The notes below the pieces were generated by a model that made no database searches, was not told the origin of the DNA, and was given only the letters and a program-made list of their open reading frames with translations. The position numbers were made by a program, and so were the translations under genes. Below, piece by piece: positions 1 through 12,527 of a DNA stretch of 64,000 nucleotides. The first letter of the stretch is position 1. Every line of letters starts with the position of its first letter. The stretch covers positions 89,158,001 through 89,222,000 of the forward strand of contig NW_024704742.1 in assembly GCF_018977255.1 (NCBI RefSeq). The letters run 5' to 3'. The DNA is from Callorhinchus milii. Taxonomy: Eukaryota.

Positions 1-19
1 AGCATTGGGCTGTTTTTTT

Positions 20-205
20 AAAAAAATGAGTTCAGTGTCCTGGCTTCAACTATCCTTCCTGGCAACATGTTCCAGTTATTAATTACCCTCTGAGTAAAGA
101 AAAATGCACTGGTGTCTATCTTGAAGTTGCCTTTGCAACTCTAAAATTCTGTCCTCTTGAACTCTTATCTAAAGTATTTTTTGATGACTTGGGCTGAGTG
201 TGCGC
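20..205 (-). mobile_element. CR1-clade LINE, decayed 3' end of ORF2
   Basis: Minus strand gives the CR1 ORF2 C-terminal motif (SRGQNFRVAK...FFTQRVINNWN.LP); same region as 21222-21330. Confidence 0.75.
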
Positions 206-1304
206 CAAGCTCAAATTGGTTCCTACTTCAAATCGATACAATTCAATATCTCCAGCGGATGCACAGGGAACATACAATATCACATCCATCTGAGACTTTT
301 GTGCAATATCATGAGATATCAGCAAAATGCAAACAGAATCAGAACTCTTTTACACACATTTGATAGCATAGTTTTCAGTGGCAGGCAGGGTGGAGGCAGG
401 AAATCAGGTTAGCTTGCTTGTGAAGTTGTTGGTTGCTAAGGCCTAGAGGAACATTGAGCTCAGTAGTTGGGAACATACATGGTAATGAGGCTTCAGTGAG
501 GAAGACTCCCGCACTGGAGAACGGATGGCGAATAAAAGTCACTGAGAATCAGAGGAGTTAATGCATAGACCTCCACCTCCCCCACCAAAGAGAATCATTC
601 GGACAGGCAGTGATGCAAAGTTGGGATAAACTGTACATTGGCAGCATGCCAATGTGAGAACTTGAAACTGGTGCAGTCTAAGTGTTTGACGGATAAACTG
701 AATAGAAGCACAGTGTGAGACAGCTGAGGGCGAGATGCTGTAGAGCTGAGGGCTGGCAGACAGATGTTGCAAATCTGCAGAACAGCAAGTAATCCAAAAG
801 CAAGTTACTGTATAGTGAAGTATTAAACACAGAAAACAATCAAAGAAGAAAAGAAGCACAAATATATTCTGGCGTTTTTTCTAATTAGGAGGTTGCATTT
901 AGTGAAGGAGCAAATTAAGGAATTGAGACACACTGGGGAAAACCATACAAAAAGCAGTGTGAAAGACAGCAAAATAACCATGGTAAATACTGCTGCAAGA
1001 CTTAGAGGCCAGAAATTCCACTTAGTCTTAGCCTTTAAGATCATTTTACCTGAACATGTAGGATTGCGCAGAATTGTGCAAATTTTATAAAATCAGTCTT
1101 AACCTGAAAGCCAGTCAGTCACAATTCTTAAAAAGAATTGTCTTCCAAATTAAGATTGAATTGAAGAATTTTCCACTATTCAGCGTGATATTAAATTTAA
1201 GATGGTCCTAATGGAGCTAAAACTAGCTGGAATTTCACAGGTTGTCTGAATTAATACTTAAGAGAGAACTATGAGGATAAGAGAGAGAAAGGCAGAAGTT
1301 AAAT

Positions 1305-1836
1305 GATAATCTTTATATCTCGTATAGTGCCTTTCATGGGGGAGGATGACTCAAAGGATATACTGTAAAGTGAAGTGACTGTGTATTTTGTAGGTGAAGG
1401 CAGCAGCTAATTTGCACACAACAATGTCCCACAAATAGCCATGAAGTGAGTGACTTTTATTTATACTTTTATTTATAATCATAAGAATCTTTGCATTTGA
1501 TAGTGAATTAACTGTATATTTTGTGGATGAAATTTGGGTGATTGTTGGCTAGCACCCTGGGAAAACTCCCTTCTCTTTTCAAGTAGTACCATTGGATCTT
1601 TAATGACCACCTGTACAGGCAGGGGGAGACCTCAGTTCCACGTCTTATCTGAAGGATGGATGGCAGCTTCAGCACCTAACAATACAGAGCACCCCAGCAG
1701 CATGATAATGAGCTGATTTGAAACTGCATTGGAGTGTAAGCCTAGCCCTGAACTATATGAGTTCAAAGTCCTAACATGGGGTTTGAATCCAAAACTTTAT
1801 GACTCAAAGAGACTGCTATAACTGAGTCAGGCTGAC
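1305..1836 (-). mobile_element. Deu-domain SINE (tRNA head, L2-type tail), old copy
   Basis: Reverse complement of the family at 30970-31395: tail, core around ggatctttaatgaccacctg, head ending actgagtcaggctgac. Confidence 0.7.
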
Positions 1837-2847
1837 CAACACACAGTCAGAATCTGAGTAAGCCCAGGGAATTGAGTGGTCCAGCAGAAACAGGGAACAT
1901 TGTGGGATCAAAAGGTGGAAAGGTTTAAATTGGTAATTACTACATTGAACAGTTACAAATTATCACATTTTCAACCTAATATTTAAGTCAAGGAACCAAA
2001 AGTAGAGCACCAAAGCACCTGGTTGAAGATTCCTCCCTGCTTCCCTCCTCCTGCATAAACTGTTCAATTCCTGTTGCTGAACCAGAGAATATAAATTCTT
2101 GTAAAAGGGGAATTATATACAAGTTTGATAAAGAAGACAGTTAAATAGAATGGGGAGCAAGCAGATGAGAGGCATTAATCTAGGTCACTAGGTGGAAAAA
2201 AAATACCCATGCAGAGTTGATGGGCAGAAAGGCCTGGACTATCTGTAATCTTCTATGATGCAAATGTGGATTTGAGCCACCCTAATGTTTGCCTGGTCAC
2301 ACCTAACATATTAAAACTGTAAAGAAACATCTCAGTTTTCACCAAAGTACATTGGTTTAGACTTGTTTCTGCAATAAAACTGAAATTCACCATTTTACGA
2401 CAGCAGGTCAAATCCCAAGGGAAAATTGATGAAGGCTCTGTTTACAGCTGATTGTGGGCAGCTCTGACCTCCTCGCCTTCAACTCTGCTCTTCCACTGAG
2501 CACATCTAAAGCTGCATATTGTCGAAATAGATAATCTAGAAAGGTTTCCCCTTGGTGACCAGTATATTCCCCATTGAAGTTTGCAAACGGCTATTATAAC
2601 CGAGTCAAGATTTTATTAAACAATAACTTGTTGATTTTTTTTCATGTGAAGTTCATGCTCAACAAGCTGAGGGATATTCATGGTGTGGAAAAACGAACAT
2701 TTTATTTTCCATTTTGGGCTCCCAGTTTCAGCATCAATACTATTAGATGCAGAGAATGAGCCTGAGACTGAACCTCAGACTAGCCCCCACTACTGCACAG
2801 GTGTCGGACTTTCCACTTCCCACACCAGCCAACTGTGCTAGATTGCA

Positions 2848-3437
2848 TCAGCCTGGTGCAATAGTAGCACTCTCGCCTCTGAGTCAGAAGGTTGTGGGTC
2901 CAAGTCCCACATCGGGACTTTGAATCACATAGTCTAAACCTGACATCAAAGCAGTGCTGGGGCTGTGTTGCATTGTCGGAGGTGCCATTCTTCGGATGAG
3001 ATGTTAAACGGATGAGGTCCCATCTACCTGTTCAAGTCGATGTTAAAGATCCGATGGCACTATTCGGAAAGAGAAAGGAATTTGTGGGACATTGCTGTGC
3101 ACAACTGGATGTTGTGCTTCACCCACAAAATAGACAATGAATCCACTATATCCCCACTATAAAACCAAGGTCTGCCTGTTCAGGTTAACATTACAGATAC
3201 AATGGCACTATTTGAAAAGAAAGATTAGTTTCTTCCAGTGTCCTAGCTAACAATCCCCAATAAAATTGGTCACATATTTATTTCATTTTGTTAGTGGGAC
3301 ATTGTTGTGTGCAATTGTGCTGTCACATTTGTCTATATATACACAGTTACTCCATTTCACAGTAATTCCTGTGAAGTGCTTTGAGAAGTCTTGACGTGTT
3401 AAGGTGCTATACCAAATGCAAGAATTATTATTATTAT
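2848..3437 (+). mobile_element. Deu-domain SINE, composite with part of the core repeated
   Basis: tRNA-like head (tagcactctcgcctctgagtcagaaggttgtggg), Deu core (gcattgtcggaggtgccattcttcggatgagatgttaaac...aaagatccgatggcactattcg) and tail aaatgcaagaattattattatta. Confidence 0.8.
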
Positions 3438-3589
3438 AGTTAACAGTCTACTGGAGTGAAACTCAGGTCCTAAAGGTGAAAGCGTAAACCACCAAATTTC
3501 CCCTTAAAATAGCTTTTCTATTTGTTTTCATGAAAGAGGGTTAAAAAATACACCAATATAATAATGGCTTATGTATGATACAATGCAAT

Positions 3590-3830
3590 GTATATTTATG
3601 CAGCACCTTTCATGTTGAGAGTATGTCTCAAAGCACCTGACAATGCTGGCTGGGCATGTGAACTGGGGTACGAGCTGAGGAGGGAGGCTGGGGGGATGGG
3701 AGGGGGAGAGACTGGGAGAGGTGAAAAATAAGATGACCAAAGGTGTGGTTGAAGAGCTATGTTTTGAGACCGGCTTTGAATGACAGGAGGGAGGGAGTCA
3801 AAGAGAAATCCAGAGAGTGAGGACATTGGA
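3590..3830 (-). mobile_element. L2 LINE 3' end, old
   Basis: Reverse complement of the L2 tail hairpin region and of the ttcaaagccggtctcaaaac segment seen in younger copies. Confidence 0.6.
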
Positions 3831-4412
3831 GCACTCCAAATGAATCATTTTAAACTCATCACTACAACACGTACATCAGTTTCAGCATGGAGAACCATAA
3901 AACCATAGAAATTTACAGCAAAGAAGTCTGTTCTGGCTCTTTTCAAGAGCAATACTTTCAATACAGCTCTCTGACATCTTTTTTTTTACCTTTTCTACAG
4001 CTCTTGAACCCTTTCCCATATTGCTTTCTTTAATTTTTACCTTAAGTGCTGCAACAAATAATCCTTACGTTTGATGTAGTGCTCTTCATGTCTGCAGGAC
4101 GTATCAAAACCGTTCACAGGATTTATTGTATACTGTACCAGACTGTGTGTCTTGTAGTTGAATGTAGCAGTCAATTTGCCTACATAGCAATGTCCCACTA
4201 GCAGCCATGAAATAAATGACCATCAAGAATGCTGAAGACATTAATTATATTTTTGAGGATATATGCAGTACGCCCAAATGGGTGAAAATGACAATAACAT
4301 GATAATATTCTGCAAATCAAAGTAACAAAGGGGAGGGGAGGGAGGTCTAACATTACAGATTTAACTTAGAAACTCATGAAGTATCAAATAGGAATTGTCC
4401 AGGTGTGCCATA

Positions 4413-4739
4413 GTCCTGTAGCTCAATGGTTAGAGCACTCGCTTTGCAAGTGAGAGACCTGGGTTCAATCCCAGGCAGGTCAGGGCGAAACCTTGGGCAA
4501 GTTTCCTTACTCCACACAGAGCCTAATAATAATCCCTCCAAAACCAAAAACAATAATAAATTGGTCATTTTCAATCTACGACTGTTTGTGGGACACTGCT
4601 GTGCGCAATTGGCTGCCGCGTTCGCCCACAAATATACAGTCAATTCACTTTACAGTGTGTTCTGTGAAGCGCTTTGGGACGTTCTCTCGACGTGAAAAGC
4701 GCTATATCAAATGCAAGGATTATTATTAATTATTATTAT
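4413..4739 (+). mobile_element. tRNA-Ala-derived SINE, short variant, full length
   Basis: A box tagctcaatgg, TGC anticodon loop (ctttgcaag), B box ggttcaatccc, ccttgggcaagt motif, tail stem agcgcttt...aaagcgct, (tta)n. Close siblings at 8518, 27541, 56250 and 63163. Confidence 0.9.
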
Positions 4740-5289
4740 AGGTGATTCCCTGCTCTCACCTCAACATTGTTCTCAGTGTCAATTGCCTTGAAGCTGGCTG
4801 AAGCATTCCACTTCTGGCTTACGTGTCGTAGTGTATCACAGCATTTTATTGAGCAAAGATTAAATCTGTCCAAAGTGAAATTGCTGCGCAAGTCTCTCAT
4901 ACTGGAGGTCAACAGCCACAATCCATGAGCCAGAGGTAGAATGCTAACCCAGCTTCACAGGGCTGTCATTAATGACAGTATAGGAAGGTGGGGGATGGGT
5001 AATTTTACTGTCCGAATTAGGGGGTGGAAAATGAAGGAAGCGGGGAGGATAAGAATGACCAAAAACTCAGCCTGGAGCTAAATGAGACATGCCTTGAATG
5101 AGAAGAGGGAGGAAATGAGTGCGAGGAACTTTGAGAATCAGTTCCAAAGAATGGGGGCAGAATAGCTGAATACCCACCTGCTCATGGTGGGGCAGATAGG
5201 TCAGGGGACATGTAGCAGTGCACTGCCCGCTGAGGGAAGGGAGTAGCCAGCTTGGATAGAGTTGAAGGAAGTCACAGAGTGATAGACCC

Positions 5290-5780
5290 ATAGAATCTTA
5301 CAGCACAGAAAGAGGTCACTTGGCTCATCATGCCTGTGTCACCTCTTTTAATGAGCTATCCAACTAATCCCATTCCCCCACTTCTTTCGCTTAGCAAATT
5401 CTTATGTTCTAATTCTTATGCATTCCAGATCGTAGCAACTTGCTGGGTAAAAAAAAATATTTTTGTCTCCCCTCTGTCTTTTTTGCCAATTATCTTAAAT
5501 TGGTACCCTCTGGTTAACGACGCACCCGCCAAAGGAAACAGTCTCTCCTTATTTACTCTATCAAAACCCCTCATCATTTTGAAAACCTGTTAAATCTCCC
5601 CTTAACCGTCTCTGTTCTAAGGAGAACAATCCCAGCCTTTCAAGTCTCTCCACATAACTGAACTTCCTCATCCTTGATATCATTCTGGTAAATCTCATTT
5701 GCAACCTCTCCAAGGTCCTGACATCCTTCCTAAAGTGTGGTCCCTAGATTTGGACACAATCCTCCAGCTGAGGTCTAATG
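5290..5780 (-). mobile_element. CR1-clade LINE 3' fragment
   Basis: catagaatc-type 3' terminus plus ORF2 end; minus strand resembles LFSLEQRRLRGDL...FKMMRGFDRV. Confidence 0.85.
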
Positions 5781-6859
5781 AGTGGGGCAAGACCATGGAG
5801 TGATTTAAAGGTGTAAGTTCCTATTGAATACTTTGCAGTTTCTAAATTTAGACTACATATTTGCAATGCAGAGGAAACGAGGACAGATGAGAAATGAACG
5901 GGCAACTATTGAGAAAAATTAGAGTGGTTAAACTGACTAAGGAGGTAAGAAATTATGCTCAGAGACACCAATATGTGAGCTTGTCCATAATTGAAAACCG
6001 AAAGAGCAAAAATACAGTTTTGTTGACAAATGGATTTAGAGCAGAAATAAAGAAGGATTCAGTTTGGCTGATAGCTATGTTAAAATTAAAACTCATGATT
6101 CATGGTTCGGGTTAGCTGCCAAGTCCTTTCATTGGAACATTGATCGCAAGGGAGAAAACTCTAATGTCAGAAAAAATAGCAAAATGCATTGAAAACCCCT
6201 CAGTGGCACACTCTCAGAGCTGTTCATTTATTTATTGCATCTCTTTGACCGCACTTACTGTCATTTTTCCCCTCCCCATTCTCCTTGGCCCCCAATCCTC
6301 TTGGCTCCAACTCCCAGCTCAGGCAGTATTGGCAAGCACTTTGAGAGGTCCTCATGTCACAAAAAGTGCTAAATGAATCTAAATTGTATTTTATTATTAA
6401 GAAATAATCTTTACGTTTAATCTAGCTCCTTATCATGTCATCAAGATGACTCAAAGCGCTTCATAGAATATATTGTGGTGTATCCAAGTGCCAAGTGATG
6501 GGACCATATATATTTTCTGTGGGCAAAATGCCACAGGCAATATGTGCACAGCAATGTCCCAGAAAAAGGCAGGTAGAGAGTTATTGTTGGCCAGAATATT
6601 GTATTATGGAGTAGCATTTACGGCATTTCTTAGCCCATTCCTCGTGTTAGTTAACAGTTCTGCATAATAAACACTAGTGATGTCATGCCGAGAGTATGTG
6701 CTTTAGTTCTCCCATGTCAGGCTCACCTTCGTTTATCAGGATCCCAGATGTTCTACAGTATAACAAGTAATAATCCTTGCATTTTATATAATACCTTATC
6801 ACATCATCAGAGCACTTTGTGGGTTTTCCTATAAAATGGTGTGACTTTTGGCCCATATG

Positions 6860-8430
6860 AACAACAACAACAACAAAATTACATTTATAGAGCACTTTTC
6901 ATGTCAGGAGGACATCCCAAGGTGCTGGAGAGTCAGGGGTCAGGACCTGAGCATGGGGGAGGGGTGGGGTAGGGGTGAGGGAAGGCAGAGAGGTGGGAGG
7001 ACGACTGAGGGCATGATCAAAGAGGAGGGTCTTGAGACCGACCTTGAAGGAAGCAAGGGAGGAAGCGAGGTAAAGGGATTATGGGATGGAGTTCCAGAGT
7101 GTGGAGGCAGAGAGGCTGAAAGCCCGGCCACCGATGGTAGGGCAGGTCGGGCGGGAGACATGGAACAGGCCGGAGCCCGTTGAACGGTGGGAGCGGGCAG
7201 GTTGGTAGGGAGTCAGCAGGTCAGAGAGGCAGGAGGGGGCAAGGCCATGGATGGCCTTGAAAGTGAGGATGAGTATCTTGAATTCGATCCTCTGAAGGAT
7301 GGGGAGCCAGTGGAGTCGGGCGAGGGTGGTAGTGATGGGGTCACGGAGCTTGGTGCGTGAGAGTACATAGGCTGCAGAGTTTTGGATGATCTGCAGCTTG
7401 TGAAGGGAAGAGCTGGGAAGGCCGATGAGGAGGGAGTTTCCATAATCGCGCCTTGATGTGACGAATGCGTGGGCGAGGGTTTCGGCAGCCTGAGGGGTGA
7501 GGCATTGGCGGAGTCTGGCAATGTTGTGGAGGTGTGGTAGGCAGTGCCGGTCACGTTGCGGATGTAGGGGAGAAAGGACAGTTCAGGGTCAGGTTCCTGA
7601 CTGGCTTAGTGAGGTTGAGTGTGCAGCCATGGCGGCTGATGCTGCCAGCGCCCGAGGTGCAGAGGCACTGGTGCGATCCAATCAGGAGGGCCTCAGTCTT
7701 GCTGAAGTTCAGTTGGAGAAAGTTGTCCCTCGCCCAGGACTTGATATCGGTCACGCAGTCGGTCAGGACGCTAGGAGTCCTGGAGTTGAGGGAGGCAGAG
7801 AGATAGAGTTGGGTGTCATCCGCATACATGTGGAAATTTACCTCATGTCTGTGGATGATGTCACCAACGGGGAGCATGTAAAGGGTGAAAAGGAAGGGAC
7901 CAAGGACAGAGCCCTGAGAACACTGCACGAGATGGTGTGGGGGCTCGAGGAGAAGCTGTTTGCAGAGACCAAGTGGAGGTGGTGTGAAAGGTAGGACCTG
8001 ACCCAGTCAAGGGCAGAACCTTGAAGGTTGACACGGGAGAAAAGCCGGTGGAGGAGGATTGAGTGGTCCACGGTGTCAACGGTAGCAGAGAGGTTGAGTA
8101 GGACGAGGAGGCAGAGGGAGCCCTGGTCACACATGGTCAGGATGTCATTTGTGACCTTGATCAGAGCAGTTTCTGAGCTGTGGGCAGCACGGAAACTTGA
8201 TTGGATGGGCTCATGGAGGGAGTAGGAGGAGAGAAAAGAGCGAAGCTGGGAGACGACATGTTCTCTCAAGGACCTTAGACAGAAAAGGGAGGTGGGAGAT
8301 GGGCCGGTAACTGGTTAGCTGTGATGGGGTCAAGGGAAGGTTTCTTCAAGTTGGGGGTGATAGTGGCTATTTTGAGGGGGGTAGGAACAATGCCAATGAC
8401 AGGGAGAGGTTGATGATGTCGGCTTAGCTT
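6860..8430 (-). mobile_element. L2 LINE, 5'-truncated, frameshifted RT domain plus 3' UTR
   Basis: ORF pieces [24 protein letters not shown] and [10 protein letters not shown]; (aac)n terminus at 6860. Confidence 0.95.
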
Positions 8431-8975
8431 GGGGATTATCTTGGGGATTGCTACTCAGGACACCAGGAAAAACTCCTTCTCTTTTTGAAAGCGTCATGGG
8501 ATACTTAATATCCATGTGGAGTCCTGTAGCTCAGTGGTTAGAGCGCCCGTTTTGCAAGCGAGAGGCCTGGGTTCGATTACCGGCAAGGTGAAACCTTGGA
8601 CACGTTTCCTTATTCCACACACCTGACAATAATCCCTCAAAACAAAATAATACATTGGTCATTTAAATCCATGACTGTTTGAGGGACACTGCTGTGCACA
8701 ATTGGCTGCTGCATTTCGCCCACAAATACACAGTCAATTAATTTTACAGTCTATTCTGTGAAGCGTTTTGAGATGTCTCAAAGACGTGAAAAACGCTATA
8801 TCAAATGCAAGGATTATTATTATTATATTATTATTATTATCCACCTGAACAGGCAGACAGAACTTAATTTTAATGTCTCATCTGAAGGGCAGCACCTTTA
8901 ACAAGCAGGCACTACCCTAACATTGCGTTCAAGTGTCAGCCTAGTCTATGTGTTCAAAGTCCCACCGTGGGGCTG
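8430..8975 (-). mobile_element. Deu-domain SINE interrupted by the SINE at 8518-8840 (tail probably left of the L2, about 6770-6858)
   Basis: Core sequence stops at aatatcca (about 8514) and resumes as atccacctgaacaggcagac (about 8839). Confidence 0.7.
8518..8840 (+). mobile_element. tRNA-Ala-derived SINE, short variant
   Basis: ggagtcctgtagctcagtggttagagc head, B box ggttcgattacc, shared body and (tta)n tail. Confidence 0.9.
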
Positions 8976-9229
8976 TTAGTCCTAAAGTGGACCATCACTG
9001 TTATTCAGCACCACAAATGGCTGAAATATAATTCCTTGCCAACCATTTGGGGTTATTTACCCAGTATTAAACAATAATGACCTTAGTAATGACCCAGGTA
9101 GAGAAAGATGTTGAGTTCACGAAAGATATTGAGAAAATCAAAATCCCTTGCATGACAGGTTGTTGCTCTATTTGCTCAGCACTTTTGCTGAATTAGTGAG
9201 CTTCATTTTTTATTTTTTGCTTCAAGTAT

Positions 9230-9518
9230 TTTTCCTCTGTTTACCTGGCAGTAAGTAGGAGCCCAGTTGTTAGTCGATTGGAGGATCACTTTCTGGGGGT
9301 AATAAACCTTTCAAAAGAAAAAATAATAAAATAAAATAATAATAATTTGGTCAACAATCCACGACTGTTTGTGGGACACTCCGTGTGCAATTGGCTGTCA
9401 CGTTTCGCCCACAAAATACACAGTCACTACACTTTACAGTATATTCTGTGAAGCGTTTTGAGACGTCTCAAAGATGTGAAAAGGGCGCTATAACAAATGC
9501 AAGTATTATTATTATTAT
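9230..9518 (+). mobile_element. tRNA-Ala SINE, long variant, 5'-truncated
   Basis: Contains the cctctgtttacctggcagtaagtagg...gttagtcgattgg segment of the long variant, then the shared body and tail. Confidence 0.8.
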
Positions 9519-11031
9519 ACTAAGGTGATAAAAGCATGTTTATGTGAGAATGCGCTTTCTCATCTAGCCCTTCGGTTGTGCAGGTTTCCTAAGTCCAACT
9601 GTTTGTCCTACATGCTGCCGTCCACGCTGCCTTCCATTCATGGGCTTTGCCTTTGCACTTCTCCCTGTCTCCTGGTTCTGTGGACACCCTGAAACCATCT
9701 TGTATCCACACCCCCTCCGCCCGCCACCGAAGTCATCCTTGGACCCCAACTTGGGAACCAATAACTTAGAGTATGCATCTGGAGATACAGATTATACTCA
9801 GATCTGTTTATGAACACAAATCCTTTGGAATAGTCTTTTACTATTTACTCTCTTAAACCCTTTAATAATTTTAGGTCATATTTCATAATCTATTTGATCT
9901 CTTCTTAATTCTTGAATGAATATGGGCCCCTTTTAATTCTTTCATTACAAATACATCCTCTTATCCCTGGTATCATCTTTGTAACTAGACACACAATTCT
10001 CTGCATGACTCCACAGATAACCATTCTATGAGATTCCCAATATTGTACTTGGTATATTTTGGCTACATCCTAATCAAAGGTTTGTAATAATTGCTGCTTT
10101 TCATATATTGCTTATCAAGCCATCAAAACTTGTGAAAGCATTTCACAGGGTGTTACTGTAAAGTGTGGTGACTCTGTATTTGTACAGGTTCAAAATTACT
10201 TCCTTTTGCATTCAATATCCTATGTATAAAAAAACTCTGTATTTCTTTTGCCCTTTTCTGTTGTTTTCCACCTGCAGTTCCTCTTTTGATGATCCATGCA
10301 TCAGACCTTATCTTAGCTTCTTCTGTTCTTATACTCTTTTTATTGATTGGATGTCCATTCTACATTATTTTTTCCCAAAATGTACTACTACACATTTATC
10401 GGTTTCACTTCATTTGCCACATATTTGCCCAATAACCTTATCTATCTGTTTCCTATTGTACTATCAGGTATTCTTCACAGTTTGCTCTTCCCCCAGTTTA
10501 ATATCATGACCATATTGGAATGAAATGATCATCAGAATAACAAGAAAATGAAACAACATTAAATCACGATCTTGGAACTTAAAAATAATAATTTTGATTT
10601 TCATTGTAAAAAAAAAACAACTTATGTTTTAATTTGGACACTCTTACCTGAAATTGAAAATTCATGGTTGTTTGTGCAACATTGCTGTGAGCAAATTAAT
10701 TGCTGCAATCGCCTGCAAAATACAGTCACTACGCTTTACAGTGAATTAGACATTTCAACAATGTGATAAGGTGCTGAATCAAATGCAGGAAAGGTTTGTT
10801 ATAGATTGCTTGACTTTTTGTGAGGATCCATTAAGCATTTCATTAGTGCCATGTAGTTCCACGACAAAGATAAAATCTTATCTATATTTTGAAAGATATA
10901 TTTTTGTGGTTTATGGCTTGAATATTTTTGAAATTGATTCTTGCATAAGTCTGCAAGAACGTTCTCTGCAAATCTTAATTGATCAGTACTTTCATAATGA
11001 TTCCCAACCAGTGATATTTTACAATGCTGTT

Positions 11032-11273
11032 GGGGAATAATTCCACCTGGGTCTAGATTTTATCTTTTTTATGTAGCATTTCAGAGCATTTAAAATTTGG
11101 CAAATTCTTAAACATACGTTTTAACTTTATTGTTGTTTTTTTCTGTAAGTTTCGTTCAAGAAATACATGGACTTTTCAAAGTTAGGATTCAGTTAAAAAA
11201 TATACCCTAATTCTGAATGCTCTAACGTGCTGCTTAAATAGAGTAAACCTAGACACAGTTGGAATTTCTCTCC
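11032..11273. repeat. Degenerate long inverted repeat (MITE-like relic)
   Basis: 11039-11100 aligns to the reverse complement of 11206-11266 at about three-quarters identity with one gap. Confidence 0.75.
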
Positions 11274-12307
11274 ATGGATTTTCTAATCATCTTATAGCCA
11301 GCTATCAAAATACATTATTGACCTATAGCAGAGAGCCAAAATCAGAGCACATCATATCCCATCATTTGATCATGTTTATGACCTCAACACAGAAGATTCA
11401 CCAGGTCATCACTTTTTTTGATTACTTCTGTTAATGGACTTTGCACTTGTAGTTTTCTTATGTCAATAGTTTTTGCAAACAGCATTTTCTGCTTTTTATT
11501 GTGCCCTGTTTCTAGATCACAAAATGGTTTGCTGGAGCAAGTCCAAGGACAATAGAATAGAGATATAGCACGACAAATGTTAGAGAGCAATTTTAACCAT
11601 GCAGTACAGTCACTTAAATTTTCAGTGTACCTGCTAATAGTAGAAGTCGCAATGCAAATTTTCTCTGACGGATGTGGATCAATAGACCAATGCTGACCAC
11701 GATTCTTTCTAAAGAAGATTTTGTCAACAAGGTCATTTTTTCTAATTTTCAAGGTTACTTTTACAGCTATGTTCCAATATTGTGTAAAATATACAACAGG
11801 ATAAATCCAGTGTATTAACGGATTCTGCCTTGTAACTTTCATGCAAGTTGTTCATCAGTGTTTTTAGGGGATCAGCATTAAAATTGTTCCTGGAACCAAA
11901 TTGTTGAGTTTTAGGCCATTTTAGATTGATTATGGTTTATCAAAATTTTGCCAACTTAACACATTTTAGATTTAAGGCAACCCCCAAATTGGAACTTAAT
12001 GATAAATATTTTGGAGGGAGCTCATGAAAAAAGATAATAGGGATAAAATATCTAACAAGTGACACTACACAATGGAAACACAACCTTGCAATTGATGTGA
12101 CTCCTTAGCAAGGTAGAACGTCACACAATCTTCACAAAGTGAGTTACTTTGAAGTGCAGTGAATGCTGTTATGTGGGCAAACAGATCATTTTATCTGAAG
12201 CAGACAACTAAACTCCAAAAAGTAATTGAAATGAATAACCAAATATATTTGATTTTGAGGAAATTTGGCCAAGACATTAGAACACATCTACTATAATTGG
12301 CACTTTG

Positions 12308-12400
12308 GAAAACTTGTCCAAGGTTTCGCCCTGCCTGGAATTGAACCCAGGTGTCTCGCTTGCAAGGCGAGTGCTCTCACCACTGAGCTACAAGGACTCC
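12308..12400 (-). mobile_element. tRNA-Ala SINE head only
   Basis: Reverse complement of the ggagtcc...gtagctcagtgg...gagcactcgccttgcaagcgagacacctgggttcaattcc head. Confidence 0.85.
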
Positions 12401-12527
12401 ACATTTAGCTATTTAAGATAGACCTTCAAAATCTAAAGACTATAGAAAGTTTTACTTTTTCAGCTCATATGTAGCATGTATAAAGTATATGAAAATATAG
12501 AACTAATAATCCTTGAATTTGATGTAG

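Noticed and set aside
4413..4490. tRNA-Ala gene
   Set aside because: It is a SINE head: no proper acceptor stem, and it runs into the repeated SINE body.
4426..4729. Recurring similar ORFs (e.g. KRYIKCKDYY) as a protein family
   Set aside because: They are translations of SINE copies, with frames and stops varying freely between copies.
9735..9762. hAT-like terminal words (gaccccaacttgggaacca; also about 58335-58380)
   Set aside because: No partner terminus or 8-bp TSD found; too short to support a call.
11384..11842. 152-aa minus-strand ORF in unique sequence
   Set aside because: No recognisable domain, AT-rich non-coding-like composition and unconvincing splice signals.
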